DNA from: Dehalococcoidia bacterium
Lineage (GTDB): Bacteria > Chloroflexota > Dehalococcoidia > Tepidiformales > Tepidiformaceae
Direction: 5' to 3'
Assembly: GCA_034431815.1 (NCBI GenBank)
Contig: DAOUCS010000132.1
Span: 1-55,401 of the forward strand
Length of the DNA: 55,401 bases
The notes below the pieces were generated by a model. The model saw nothing but the letters and a program-made list of their open reading frames with translations. It had not been told where the DNA came from and did no database searches. Of the stretch, positions 1 to 9,211 are shown piece by piece. Both the position numbers and the translations under genes were made by a program. Each line of letters starts with the position of its first letter. Position 1 is the stretch's first letter.

Positions 1-218
1 GGCGCTCGAGGCTCCGCCACGTCTCGATCTGCTCCCGAAGAGCGGCGGACCGCTGGAGGACGCGGCGCGCCTCCACGGGGTCGTTCCAGAGATCGGGGTC
101 AGCGGCGCGCGTTTCGAGGGCCTCGAGTTCGCGTTCGGCGGCAGGGATGTCAAAGACGCACCAGCGTATCGGAGATGCGCTGGAGGAGGGCAGCGGCGCA
201 GTCGATGCGTTCGCTCAC
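1..218 (-). CDS. prfB: Peptide chain release factor 2, 5' part (gene runs off the window start), with programmed +1 frameshift site
   Basis: Not a single frame in the ORF track. Minus strand: GGAG, then GTG at 218..216. The 22-codon frame-0 leader VSERIDCAAALLQRISDTLVRL ends in CTT(155..153) TGA(152..150) C(149), the canonical RF2 'CUU UGA C' shift site. The +1 frame continues DIPAAERELEALETRAADPDLWNDPVEARRVLQRSAALREQIETWRSLE with no stop to position 1. It aligns by eye with the RF2 N-terminus (E. coli ...LRGYL/[29 protein letters not shown]). Confidence 0.85.
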
Positions 219-243
219 GGCTCCAGGGTAGCGCGGGGAGTTG

Positions 244-1158
244 TCAGGGGGTAGGCGCGAACGAGGACGGAGGAAGACCAGCGGCGCGCTCGGCAGCGCG
301 CAGGGTGTTCACCAGGAGCATGGCGATGGTCATGGGGCCGACTCCGCCCGGCACGGGAGTGATCCAGCCGGCGACATCGCGGACAGCGTCGAAGTCGACG
401 TCGCCCACCAGCCGCCATCCGCGCTTCCGCGAGGGGTCGTCGATGCGGTTCGTTCCGACGTCGACCACGACGGCGCCGGGCTTCACCATCTCCGCGTTGA
501 CGGTGCGTGGCCGGCCAGCGGCGACGACGAGGATATCGGCCTGACGCGTGTGGAGTCCGAGGTCGGGCGTTCCGGTGTGGCAAATGGTCACGGTAGCGTT
601 GGCGCCCGGGGCCTTGTTGGTGAGAAGGATCGCGAGGGGACGCCCGACGAGCGTCGAGCGGCCAACGATGACCACGTGCTTCCCGGCGGGGTCGTTGCCG
701 GTCCGGAGGAGCAGTTGCTGGACGCCGTGGGGCGTGCAGGGAATCGGCCCGTCGAGACCGCCGCGGAGCAGCTTGCCGAGGTTCCAGGGGTGGAGGCCGT
801 CGGCGTCCTTCGCCGGGAGGATGCGCTCGAGCACGGCCCGCTCGTCGATATGGAGAGGGAGCGGCAACTGCGGGAGGATGGCGTGCACCTCGGGGTCGGC
901 GTTCAGGCGGTCGACGAGCGCGAGGACCTCGTCTTGCGGGGTATCAGCCGGCAGGTGGAAGGTGCGGGCGCGGATGCCGGCCTCGTCCGCGGCCTTCGCC
1001 TTCGCGGAAACGTAGGAGATGCTTGCTGGGTTGTCTCCGACGAGGATGGCAGCGAGGCCGGGGACGATTCCCCGTTCCCGCAGACGGGCGGCGCCTTCGG
1101 CGACCCGACGGCGAATCTCGGCCGCAATTGCCGCGCCGTCGATGAGCTGGGCAGTCAC
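244..1158 (-). CDS. folD: Bifunctional methylenetetrahydrofolate dehydrogenase/methenyl-THF cyclohydrolase
   Basis: 304-aa ORF MTAQLIDGAAIAAEIR...YVSAKAKAADEAGI...VVIVGRSTLVGRPLA...TPVPGGVGPMTIAML. Full-length FolD-like over the whole protein. Confidence 0.95.
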   Translation of the reverse strand: MTAQLIDGAAIAAEIRRRVAEGAARLRERGIVPGLAAILVGDNPASISYVSAKAKAADEAGIRARTFHLPADTPQDEVLALVDRLNADPEVHAILPQLPLPLHIDERAVLERILPAKDADGLHPWNLGKLLRGGLDGPIPCTPHGVQQLLLRTGNDPAGKHVVIVGRSTLVGRPLAILLTNKAPGANATVTICHTGTPDLGLHTRQADILVVAAGRPRTVNAEMVKPGAVVVDVGTNRIDDPSRKRGWRLVGDVDFDAVRDVAGWITPVPGGVGPMTIAMLLVNTLRAAERAAGLPPSSFAPTP

Positions 1159-1215
1159 GCCTCATAGGTTAGCGTGCCGGGGCTCTTGGGGCGCGAATCC
1201 CGTAGCATGGGGCCG

Positions 1216-1662
1216 ATGGAGACCAAGTTCGCGCTCGGCATCGACATCATCGAGATCGCCCGGATCGCCGACGTCATCGCCCGGCACGGCGAGCGGTTTC
1301 TCCAGCGCGTCTACACGGCCGACGAGATTGCCTTCTGCCGGGGACGGATTCCGGAACTGGCGGCCAGGTTCGCCGCCAAGGAGGCGGTCATGAAGGCAAT
1401 GGGCACCGGCGTCCGCGGCGTCGGCTGGCGGGAGATCGAGGTGCTCCCGAACCGGCGGGGAAAGCCGCTGGTCTTCTTGTACGGGAGGGCGGAGGCGCGA
1501 GCGGCTGCCATCGGCCTCCGGGGGTTGGAGGTGAGCCTGACGCATTCCCGTGAGTACGCGATGGCCGTCGTCGTCGGGGAGCGCTGGCTGACCGCCGACG
1601 AAGATACCCCGCGGTTCGGGGAGCGCGCGCGGAAGCTCGTCGAGGAGCATGGGCTGCGATGA
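1216..1662 (+). CDS. acpS: Holo-ACP synthase (4'-phosphopantetheinyl transferase)
   Basis: METKFALGIDIIEIARI...FAAKEAVMKA...SLTHSREYAMAVVV is the typical AcpS layout. Start chosen at ATG 1216 (family N-terminus M..GIG.DI.E); ATG 1207 and the track start 1174 are alternatives. The stop overlaps the nnr start (ATGA at 1659). Confidence 0.85.
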   Translation: METKFALGIDIIEIARIADVIARHGERFLQRVYTADEIAFCRGRIPELAARFAAKEAVMKAMGTGVRGVGWREIEVLPNRRGKPLVFLYGRAEARAAAIGLRGLEVSLTHSREYAMAVVVGERWLTADEDTPRFGERARKLVEEHGLR

Positions 1663-3215
1663 AGCTGGTGACCGTGGAGGAGATGCGGCGGCTCGAACAG
1701 GCAGCCGTCGCAGCGGGTGTCTCGGAACGGCAGATGATGGAGGAGGCCGGGCTGGCCGTGGCCCAGGAGGCCTGGATGGCCCTGGGTACCCTTGAGGGCC
1801 GGCGCATCGCCGTGCTGGCCGGGCCCGGCAACAACGGCGGCGACGCGCTGGTGGCGGCCCGGCACCTCGCGGATTGGGGCGCCGAGGTGGCCGTATTCGC
1901 GCCCATGGGCCGCCGGGCCGATGAGCTGCGGGAGGAGGCCGAGGCGCGGGGCATTCCCATCGCCGAGGGCGAAGCGGCGGCCGGCCCGGCACTCGAACGC
2001 GCCCTGGCCGACGCCGACCTTGTGATCGACGGGCTGCTCGGCATCGGGAAGGCGCGGCCCATCGACCCCGGCAGCACCCTCGGGCGGACGCTGGAGGCGC
2101 TGCGGGCGGCACGCTCGCGCCGGAACCCTCCGAAGCTGCTGGCGGTCGATATTCCCACCGGTCTCGATGCGGATACGGGGACGCTCGACCCGCTGACCGT
2201 CGCCGCCGACCGCACGGTGACGTTCGGATTGCCGAAGGTAGGGATGTACCAGCTCCCCGGGAGCTCGGCCGTGGGCCGGGTTCAGGTGATCGACATCGGC
2301 ATTCCCAGGGAAGCCCAGGAGGCGGTGCGGCTGGAGCTGCTCACCGCGCGCTGGCTGCGGGGAGCACTCCCCCGCCGGCCCGAAGAAGCGAACAAGGGGA
2401 CGTTCGGCCGGGTGCTGGTGGCGGGCGGATGCAGGAGGTACGTGGGGGCTCCCGCGCTGGCGGCCCTGGGCGCCTACCGCGCAGGAGCGGGACTGGTGAC
2501 GGTGGCGTGCCCGGAGTCGATCCAGCCGATGGCTGCTCCGGCAGCGCTCGAGGCGACCTGGCTGCCCCTCCCCGCCGACGAGGAGGGGTACCTCCCCGGA
2601 GCGACTGCCGTCGCCCTGCGGCGCGAATGGGGCGCGTTCGACGCTGCGGTCTTGGGCTGCGGGCTGGGTAACACCGAGGGCACGCGGGCGTTCGTGTGGG
2701 CGGCGCTCCCCGACCTGGCGGCGCTGCGGCGCGGTTGCGTCATCGATGCGGACGGCCTCAACGCCTTGGCAACCTTCGACGACGCCCGGGAACGGCTCCC
2801 GCACCGCGCCGTGATGACGCCCCATCCCGGCGAGATGGCGCGCCTCCTGCGGTGTGAGGTGCGCCAGGTGCAGGGCGACCGGCTGGGCGCGGCGCGGGAA
2901 GCGGCTGCGCGCTTCGGGTGTACGGTCGTGCTCAAGGGGGCGCACACAGTGGTCGCCGCTCCCGACGGTCGCGCGCGGCTGTCGCCGTACGCCAACCCGC
3001 TGCTCGCCACCGCCGGCACGGGCGACGTACTCGCCGGGCTCATCGCGGGCTACCTCGCGCAGGGGCTCGAACCATTCGAGGCGGCCTGCGCCGGCGTGTA
3101 CGTGCATGCGGCGGCCGGCGAATCGCTCCGCGAGGAGCTGGGCGACAGCGGCCTGTTGGCGCACGAAGTGGCGGCCCGCGTGCCGCGGATCGTGCGCGAG
3201 CTCACGGCGGGCTGA
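1659..3215 (+). CDS. nnr: Bifunctional NAD(P)H-hydrate repair enzyme (YjeF_N epimerase + ADP-dependent dehydratase)
   Basis: 518 aa. N-terminal YjeF_N (GPGNNGGDALVAARHL) plus C-terminal carbohydrate-kinase-like domain (KGTFGRVLVAGG...TAGTGDVLAG). acpS-nnr adjacency is common. Confidence 0.9.
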   Translation: MKLVTVEEMRRLEQAAVAAGVSERQMMEEAGLAVAQEAWMALGTLEGRRIAVLAGPGNNGGDALVAARHLADWGAEVAVFAPMGRRADELREEAEARGIPIAEGEAAAGPALERALADADLVIDGLLGIGKARPIDPGSTLGRTLEALRAARSRRNPPKLLAVDIPTGLDADTGTLDPLTVAADRTVTFGLPKVGMYQLPGSSAVGRVQVIDIGIPREAQEAVRLELLTARWLRGALPRRPEEANKGTFGRVLVAGGCRRYVGAPALAALGAYRAGAGLVTVACPESIQPMAAPAALEATWLPLPADEEGYLPGATAVALRREWGAFDAAVLGCGLGNTEGTRAFVWAALPDLAALRRGCVIDADGLNALATFDDARERLPHRAVMTPHPGEMARLLRCEVRQVQGDRLGAAREAAARFGCTVVLKGAHTVVAAPDGRARLSPYANPLLATAGTGDVLAGLIAGYLAQGLEPFEAACAGVYVHAAAGESLREELGDSGLLAHEVAARVPRIVRELTAG

Positions 3216-3224
3216 TAGTATACT
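3213..3224 (+). promoter_or_regulatory. Candidate -10 element (TGaTAGTAT / TATACT) for fabF
   Basis: AT-rich ctgaTAGTATACTgcg overlaps the nnr stop, 36 nt upstream of the fabF GTG (3260). GGAGGT SD at 3249..3254. No convincing -35. Confidence 0.25.
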
Positions 3225-3259
3225 GCGCAACAACCTGATCGATTTCCCGGAGGTCGGGC

Positions 3260-4498
3260 GTGCGGCGCGTGGTGGTCACGGGTATCGGCTTGGTAACGCC
3301 CGTCGGGTTGACGACCGACGAAACGTGGGACGCGCTCACGAACGGCCGCGTCGGCATTGGACCCATCACCTTATTCGACGCCGCTGGGTTCGATTCGCGC
3401 ATCGCCGGCGAAGTGAAGGGCTTCGACCCGCTGCGCTGCATGGAACGTAAGGAGGCGCGGCGGGCGGACCGCTTCACGCAGTTCGCTGCGGCCGCGGCGC
3501 AGGAGGCGCTGGCCCACGCCGCGCTCGACATTACACACGACAACGGGCAGCGAACGGCGATCATCGTCGGCACGGCGATGGGCGGGATCATGACGCTGGC
3601 GGAGGAGTTCGAGCAGCTCCGGACGAAGGGGCCGGGCCGGGTAAGCCCCTTCCTCATGCCGATGATGCTACCGGATATGGCCAGCGGGCAGCTCACCATC
3701 CGTCTGGGCGCGAGGGGCCCGAACTACGCGCTCGTGAGCGCCTGCGCCAGCGGAGCCGACGCAATCGGCGAAGCAGCGAACATGATCGCCCGGGGCGACG
3801 CCGACGTGGCGCTGGCGGGCGGAGCCGAGGCGCCCATCACGCCCATCGCCGTCGCCGGATTCGCGGCGGCGAAAGCGCTCAGCACGCGCAACGACGACCC
3901 TGCGACCGCGTCCCGTCCCTTCGCCGCGGGCCGCGACGGCTTCGTCATTGCCGAGGGGTGCGGCCTGCTCGTGCTGGAGGCGGAGGAGCACGCGAAGGCG
4001 CGGGGCGCGCGCATCCTCGCCGAGGTCGCCGGGTACGCCGCAACCAGCGACGCCTTCCACATCACCCAGCCCGACGAGCAGGGAGAGGGCGCCGCGCGAG
4101 CGATGCGGTTGGCCCTCGAACGCGCCGGACTGCAGCCCGACGACGTCGACTACATCAACGCGCACGGCACGTCGACGCCCCTCAACGACCGAATGGAAAC
4201 CCTGGCCATCAAGCGGGCGTTCGGGGAGTACGCCTACCAGGTACCTATCAGCTCCACGAAGTCGATGATCGGTCACCTCCTCGGCGCCGCCGGAGCGGTC
4301 GAAGCGGCGGTCTGCGTACTGGCAATCGAACGGGGGGTCATCCCGCCCACGGCAAATTACGTCGAGCCCGACCCCGAGTGCGACCTCGACTACGTGCCGA
4401 ACCTTGCCAGGGCCGCGACCGTGGACGTTGCGATGACGAACTCATTCGGGTTCGGCGGGCACAACTCCTGCCTCATCTTCCGAAGGTACGTACCGTGA
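3260..4498 (+). CDS. fabF: Beta-ketoacyl-ACP synthase II
   Basis: 412 aa: RRVVVTGIGLVTPVG...VSACASGADAIG (active-site Cys)...NAHGTSTPLND...SMIGHLLGAAG...NSFGFGGHN. GTG start. Confidence 0.93.
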   Translation: MRRVVVTGIGLVTPVGLTTDETWDALTNGRVGIGPITLFDAAGFDSRIAGEVKGFDPLRCMERKEARRADRFTQFAAAAAQEALAHAALDITHDNGQRTAIIVGTAMGGIMTLAEEFEQLRTKGPGRVSPFLMPMMLPDMASGQLTIRLGARGPNYALVSACASGADAIGEAANMIARGDADVALAGGAEAPITPIAVAGFAAAKALSTRNDDPATASRPFAAGRDGFVIAEGCGLLVLEAEEHAKARGARILAEVAGYAATSDAFHITQPDEQGEGAARAMRLALERAGLQPDDVDYINAHGTSTPLNDRMETLAIKRAFGEYAYQVPISSTKSMIGHLLGAAGAVEAAVCVLAIERGVIPPTANYVEPDPECDLDYVPNLARAATVDVAMTNSFGFGGHNSCLIFRRYVP

Positions 4499-6213
4499 TG
4501 GGGGCGAGCGCGGCGCTGGTGCGCGGGACTCCGCGGTGGAAGCTGCGGCGGCCCGACGCCCTCCGCCACGCGATCCCCCGGTACCCGGCCGTGGTGGCGC
4601 GCGTCCTCGCGGCGCGCGGCATTACCGACCGCGAGTCAGCCCGGCGGTTTTACCGCCCCGCTGAGTCGCCGCCCGGGGACCCCTTCCTGCTGCCCGGGAT
4701 GGCAGAAGCCGTCGCGCGAACGCGCCGCGCCCTACAGGCGGGGGAGCTCATCGGTCTGTACGGCGACTTCGACGTCGACGGCGTCACGTCCCTCGCCGTG
4801 CTCGAGCTGGGGCTCCGACCGCTAGGGGCGCGAACGCTGCGGTACATCCCCGACCGCTTCGCGGAAGGCTACGGACTGAACACCGCCGCACTGGAGCGTC
4901 TGAGTGCAGCGGGCGTCTCCCTGCTCATCACGGCCGACTGCGGGATCACGTCGGTGGCCGAAATCGCCGACGCACGCCGCCGCGGCATGGACGTTATCGT
5001 TCTCGACCATCACACCGTTCCGCGGAGACTCCCCCCCGCGGTCGCCAACATCGACCCGAAGCGGCCGGATTCCGCCTACCCGTTCGACGAGCTAGCAGCC
5101 GTGGGCGTTTCGTACCGCTTCCTCGAGGCGCTCTACGACGCCCTTGGTCGGGTGCTCCCGGCCGGCGAGCTCATCGACCTGGTCGCGCTTGGCACCGTCG
5201 TCGATGTCGCCCCGCTCGTGGGCGAGAACCGGGCCATCGTCCGAAAGGGCCTGGATGCGATGCGGCGCGGCCTGCGGCCGGGGCTCGCCGCCCTGGCTGC
5301 GGTGGCCGGCACGGGCGAGCGCGCCGACGCGGAGGTTCTCGCCTACCAGTGGGGACCGCGGCTGAACGCGGCCGGACGCCTTCGCCACGCCCAGCTGGCG
5401 CTCGACCTCCTGCTGGCGGAACGGGTGGAGGATGCGCTGCCGCTGGCCGAGGAGCTGGACCGGCTGAACCGGGAGCGGCAGCGGCTCACCGAGAAGGCGA
5501 TGGCCCTGGCAGAGTCGCTCGCCGTCGGCGGCAGCCCGCTCCTCTTCGTGGGGCACGAGTCGATGCACGTGGGGATCGTCGGCATCGTCGCGGGCAAACT
5601 GGCCGAGAAATATTGCCGGCCGGCCATCGTCTACAGCCGAGGGGAGCGGGAGAGCCGCGGGAGCGCCAGGAGCATCCCCGCCTTCGACGTCGTGAGGGCC
5701 ATCGGGCGGGCAGCCGACGTACTGGAGCGGCATGGCGGCCACCGTGCCGCCGCCGGCTTCACCGTACGGAACGAGCAGCTCCCCGAGCTTCAGCGGCGCC
5801 TGAAGGCCTACGCGGAGGAGCTTCTGACGCCGGAGGACTTGCGGCCCGTCATCGAGATCGACGCGGAGGCGCACCTGGACGAGCTGAACCCCACGGAGCT
5901 GAAGGGACTGCTCGCCTTCGAACCGTGCGGGTACGGGAACGAACGGCCGGTGCTGCTGGCCCGGCGGGTGCGCGTGGCCGACTGGCGACCGGTGGGAAGC
6001 GACGGCGCGCACGTACGAATGAAACTGAAGGGCGACGGCGCGGCGGTCTGGCCCGCCATCGCCTTCAGGCAAGGGAACGGCCGGATGGCGGACGAGGTGG
6101 ACGTCGTGTACACCCTCCGCAACGGTCGCGAGGGGCTCGTGGAGCTGGAAGTGCTCGATTTCGCTCCCGCCGCGGAGCGCCGGCCCCTGGAGGGTGCGGA
6201 GCAGCATGGCTGA
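4498..6213 (+). CDS. recJ: Single-stranded-DNA-specific exonuclease RecJ
   Basis: Internal ATG of track ORF 3958..6213, overlapping the fabF stop (GTGATG, 4496..4500). DHH motifs GDFDVDGVTS, ITADCG, VIVLDHH. DHHA1-like GGHRAAAGF. Confidence 0.9.
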   Translation: MGASAALVRGTPRWKLRRPDALRHAIPRYPAVVARVLAARGITDRESARRFYRPAESPPGDPFLLPGMAEAVARTRRALQAGELIGLYGDFDVDGVTSLAVLELGLRPLGARTLRYIPDRFAEGYGLNTAALERLSAAGVSLLITADCGITSVAEIADARRRGMDVIVLDHHTVPRRLPPAVANIDPKRPDSAYPFDELAAVGVSYRFLEALYDALGRVLPAGELIDLVALGTVVDVAPLVGENRAIVRKGLDAMRRGLRPGLAALAAVAGTGERADAEVLAYQWGPRLNAAGRLRHAQLALDLLLAERVEDALPLAEELDRLNRERQRLTEKAMALAESLAVGGSPLLFVGHESMHVGIVGIVAGKLAEKYCRPAIVYSRGERESRGSARSIPAFDVVRAIGRAADVLERHGGHRAAAGFTVRNEQLPELQRRLKAYAEELLTPEDLRPVIEIDAEAHLDELNPTELKGLLAFEPCGYGNERPVLLARRVRVADWRPVGSDGAHVRMKLKGDGAAVWPAIAFRQGNGRMADEVDVVYTLRNGREGLVELEVLDFAPAAERRPLEGAEQHG

Positions 6214-6619
6214 CGAGGTCCATCTGACAGCCGACGGTCAGCGGGCACTGCGCGAGGCGGAGCAGCTCTGCTGGCGGATGAACGTCGCCATCGAGGCGCC
6301 GGAGCACCTTCTCGCCGGCGCCCTCCTCGTGCTCGGCGGAAGCGGCGCCGTCGGGCTCCCCGACCGGGCGCGCATCGAAGAGGCGCTGCTGCTGGTGCAC
6401 GGCGCAGGGGCCGAGCCGCTCCGCGAGCAGGTGATGCCGAGCCCGGGCGCCCGGGCGGCGCTGAACCACGCCGTGCGCAGGCTGCGTGAGGCAGGAGGCC
6501 GCGGCCTCGGCGCCCGCGAGATCGCCCACGGCGTCATCGATTCCGGCGAGGTGAATCCCCTCTTCTACCGCGGCCTCGGCATCGACCGCGACGAGCTTCT
6601 GAGGCTCATCGGCCGCTAA
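6206..6619 (+). CDS. Standalone Clp N-terminal (Clp_N/Clp R) double-repeat domain protein
   Basis: 137 aa with two about 60-aa repeats resembling the ClpA/B/C N-domain (LTADGQRALREAEQLCWRMNVAIEAPEHLLAGAL; SPGARAALNHAVRRLREAGGRGLGAREIAHGVI). No AAA+ module follows. ATG 6206 overlaps the recJ stop by 8 nt; GGAG lies 4 nt upstream. Confidence 0.6.
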   Translation: MADEVHLTADGQRALREAEQLCWRMNVAIEAPEHLLAGALLVLGGSGAVGLPDRARIEEALLLVHGAGAEPLREQVMPSPGARAALNHAVRRLREAGGRGLGAREIAHGVIDSGEVNPLFYRGLGIDRDELLRLIGR

Positions 6620-7283
6620 AAGGGTCGGCCGGGGGGTCGGCAACGTCGACGCCGGCAGCACGGAGCGCCGCCGCAAGTTCGCCCGCGCCGCGGAACTGGT
6701 GGGCCGTCATGCCCACGCCACGCGCCGCCTCCACATTGTGCGCGAGGTCGTCGGTGAAGAAACAGGCTTCGGGCCGAACCCCGAGACGCTCGGCAGCGAG
6801 GAGGAAGATGCGCGGGTCGGGCTTGGCCAGCCGCACGGTGGCGGAATTCACGATGTCGTCGAACAGATGGGCGATCTGGAACTTCCGCTCGAGGTCTTGT
6901 TCGAGGCCCGGGGCCGCGTTCGAAAGGAGGCCGACTCGGTACCGGCCGCGCAGCTGCTGGATGAGTTCGAGCATGCCGGGATTGAAGGCCGGAGGCCGGT
7001 CGGCCGTGAGGGCCTCGATGAACGCTTCCGCGGCTTCAGCCGAGGCGCGCTCCGTGATGAGGCGGCGGCTCGTCTCGTGCCACTCTTCGAAGGAGCCCTC
7101 GCCCACCCGCAAGCGCATCCAGCCCGGGTTCTCGAGGTAGAGCCAGCGAAAGGCGAACCCTGGGGGAAGGCCGAAGCGCCGTTCGACCTGCACGAAGGGA
7201 GACTCCGTTTCGTTGGCGATGGGCTCCGCGCCGCCGGGAACGATGACGCCGCCAAAGTCGAAGATGACCGCCTCGATGCTCAT
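6606..7283 (-). CDS. HAD-superfamily hydrolase (subfamily IA-like)
   Basis: Internal ATG (7283) of track ORF 6606..8159. MSIEAVIFDFGGVIV (DxDGV motif I), LLSNA (motif II), FFTDDLAHNVEAARGVGM (motif IV). Confidence 0.8.
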   Translation of the reverse strand: MSIEAVIFDFGGVIVPGGAEPIANETESPFVQVERRFGLPPGFAFRWLYLENPGWMRLRVGEGSFEEWHETSRRLITERASAEAAEAFIEALTADRPPAFNPGMLELIQQLRGRYRVGLLSNAAPGLEQDLERKFQIAHLFDDIVNSATVRLAKPDPRIFLLAAERLGVRPEACFFTDDLAHNVEAARGVGMTAHQFRGAGELAAALRAAGVDVADPPADPFSGR

Positions 7284-7324
7284 ATCGCCGAGTGTGGCGG
7301 GGCCGCCCCCCGGGAGGCAACCGG

Positions 7325-9058
7325 TCACCGATGGCGGACGCGGGCAGCGATTGGCAGGCGCCGGTCGCGGCCGAAGGCCCGGGGGGTGATCTTCACGCCG
7401 GGCGGAGCCTGGCGGCGCTTGTATTCGTTTCGGTCCACCATGGCGACGACCCGTTCGACGGTGGCGCGGTCGAAGCCCATGGCGACGATCTCCTCGGGCG
7501 TGCGGTCCAGCTCGACGTACTGTTCGAGGATGGGGTCGAGGACTTCGTACGGTGGCAGGGTGTCCTGGTCCACCTGACCAGGCTTCAGTTCGGCGGAAGG
7601 CGGCTTGCGGAGCACCGACTCGGGGATGAGATCGAACCCGGCGCGGGCGTTCCGCCAGCGGGCGAGGCGGTAGACGAGGGTCTTCGGGACGTCCTTGATT
7701 ACCGCGTAGCCGCCGGCCATGTCCCCGTAGAGGGTGGCATACCCTGTCGCCATCTCGCTCTTGTTGCCGGTGGTGAGGACGAGCCAGCCGAACTTGTTGG
7801 AAAGGGTCATCAGCACGTTGCCCCGCTGGCGGGACTGCAGGTTCTCCTCGGCGGTGCCAGGTTCCGTCCCTTCGAAGGCATCGGCCAGCATTTCGAGCAT
7901 GGCGGCGTGGGCCGGCTCGATGGGGATGGTGAGGAGACGAATGCCGAGATTTCGGGCGAGCTTTGCCGCGTCGGCCTTGCTGTGTTCGCTGGAGTAGCGG
8001 CTGGGCATGGAGACGCCGACAACGTTGTCGGCCCCGAGGGCATCGACTGCGATGACTGCGACCAAGCTGGAATCGATGCCCCCCGAGAGCCCGATGACGG
8101 CCTGCCGGAAGCCGGTCTTCGCCAGGTAGTCGCGGGTTCCGAGGACGAGCGCTTCCCACACTTCCTCCTCGTCGCCCAGCAAGGGGAGGACGTCGCGGTG
8201 CCGGGGCACCTCGCAGGAGGGTTCGATGCGGAAGCCGAGGGGGATGGTTTCCACCGGCACCTCGCCCCGCTCCCGGAGCTCGACGCGCCGTCGCGGGTCG
8301 TGGAGCCGCCGCTGGGCCACGAAGTCGAGATCGATATCGGCGAGCACGGTATCGTCGCGGAACTGCGGGCCCCGAGCGACGATGCTTCCGTCGGGGTCGA
8401 ACACCATGCAGCAGCCGTCGAAGACCAGCTCGTCCTGGCCGCCAACCTGATTGACGTAGGCGAGGGCGATGAGGTTATCGGCGGCCCGCGTGGCGAGCAT
8501 CCGCTCGCGGTCGCGGACCTTACCGCGGTGGTACGGCGAGGCATTGATGTTGATGACGAGCTCGGCGCCGGCCAGCGCCATCGCCTCGAGCGGGAGGCCC
8601 GGGTACCAGATGTCCTCGCAGATGCTCACGCCAAAAGTGAAGCTGCCGGCGTCGTAAATCGGGACGCGTTTGCCCGGAGCGAAGTAGCGCTCTTCGTCGA
8701 ACACGCCGTAGTTGGGGAGGCGGCGCTTCCGGTAGGTATCGACCCAACGGCCATCGGCAAGGACGGCGGCGGCGTTGTAGGCCGCGTCGCCATCCCAATC
8801 GACGAAACCGACGACCGCGACGACCCCTGCGGAGGCAGGGAGCAAGCGCTCGACCGCCGCGCGGGAGGCTTCGCAGAATGCCCGGCGGAGGAGCAGGTCC
8901 TCCGGCGGATACCCCGTGACCGCCAGTTCGGGCACGGCGACGATGTGCGCCCCTGCGCGCTTCGCCCGGAGGATGGCGCGGGCGATGAGGTCGACGTTGC
9001 CCTCGATGTCGCCGACGGTCGTGTTGAGCTGGGCCAGGGCGAGGCGGATAGTCCGCAT
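7325..9058 (-). CDS. nadE: Glutamine-dependent NAD+ synthetase (CN-hydrolase + NAD synthase domains)
   Basis: Internal ATG (9058) of track ORF 7325..10255. N-terminal nitrilase-like domain (VPELAVTGY, VSICEDIW). C-terminal PP-loop GLSGGIDSS. Tail NEYKRRQAPPG. Confidence 0.92.
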   Translation of the reverse strand: MRTIRLALAQLNTTVGDIEGNVDLIARAILRAKRAGAHIVAVPELAVTGYPPEDLLLRRAFCEASRAAVERLLPASAGVVAVVGFVDWDGDAAYNAAAVLADGRWVDTYRKRRLPNYGVFDEERYFAPGKRVPIYDAGSFTFGVSICEDIWYPGLPLEAMALAGAELVININASPYHRGKVRDRERMLATRAADNLIALAYVNQVGGQDELVFDGCCMVFDPDGSIVARGPQFRDDTVLADIDLDFVAQRRLHDPRRRVELRERGEVPVETIPLGFRIEPSCEVPRHRDVLPLLGDEEEVWEALVLGTRDYLAKTGFRQAVIGLSGGIDSSLVAVIAVDALGADNVVGVSMPSRYSSEHSKADAAKLARNLGIRLLTIPIEPAHAAMLEMLADAFEGTEPGTAEENLQSRQRGNVLMTLSNKFGWLVLTTGNKSEMATGYATLYGDMAGGYAVIKDVPKTLVYRLARWRNARAGFDLIPESVLRKPPSAELKPGQVDQDTLPPYEVLDPILEQYVELDRTPEEIVAMGFDRATVERVVAMVDRNEYKRRQAPPGVKITPRAFGRDRRLPIAARVRHR

Positions 9059-9084
9059 CGGCTCCACCGGCGGGAGATGGAGGA

Positions 9085-9090
9085 AGTATA
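9085..9090 (-). promoter_or_regulatory. Candidate -10 hexamer TATACT upstream of nadE
   Basis: Minus-strand gcgaTATACTtcctcc lies about 27 nt upstream of the nadE ATG (SD GGTGGAG). No clear -35. Confidence 0.25.
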
Positions 9091-9211
9091 TCGCCTGACG
9101 GCCACGGGCCCCGGGAGCGCGCTCGGGGAAATGCCTTAGGCGAATCGCCCGATTGGCAGCGGGGGCGACGGCGGCAAAGATGGCGGATGGCGGGGCTACG
9201 AGGAAGGGGAG

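Noticed and set aside
1311-3233. 640-aa minus-strand ORF opposite acpS/nnr. Similar long shadows occur at 7292..9139 (+), 30630..33047 (+), 22123..23559 (+), 27378..28763 (-) and 51746..53005 (-).
   Set aside because: All overlap genes with clear family signatures on the other strand or frame, and all have Arg/Pro/Gly-dominated composition. There is no independent evidence of coding.
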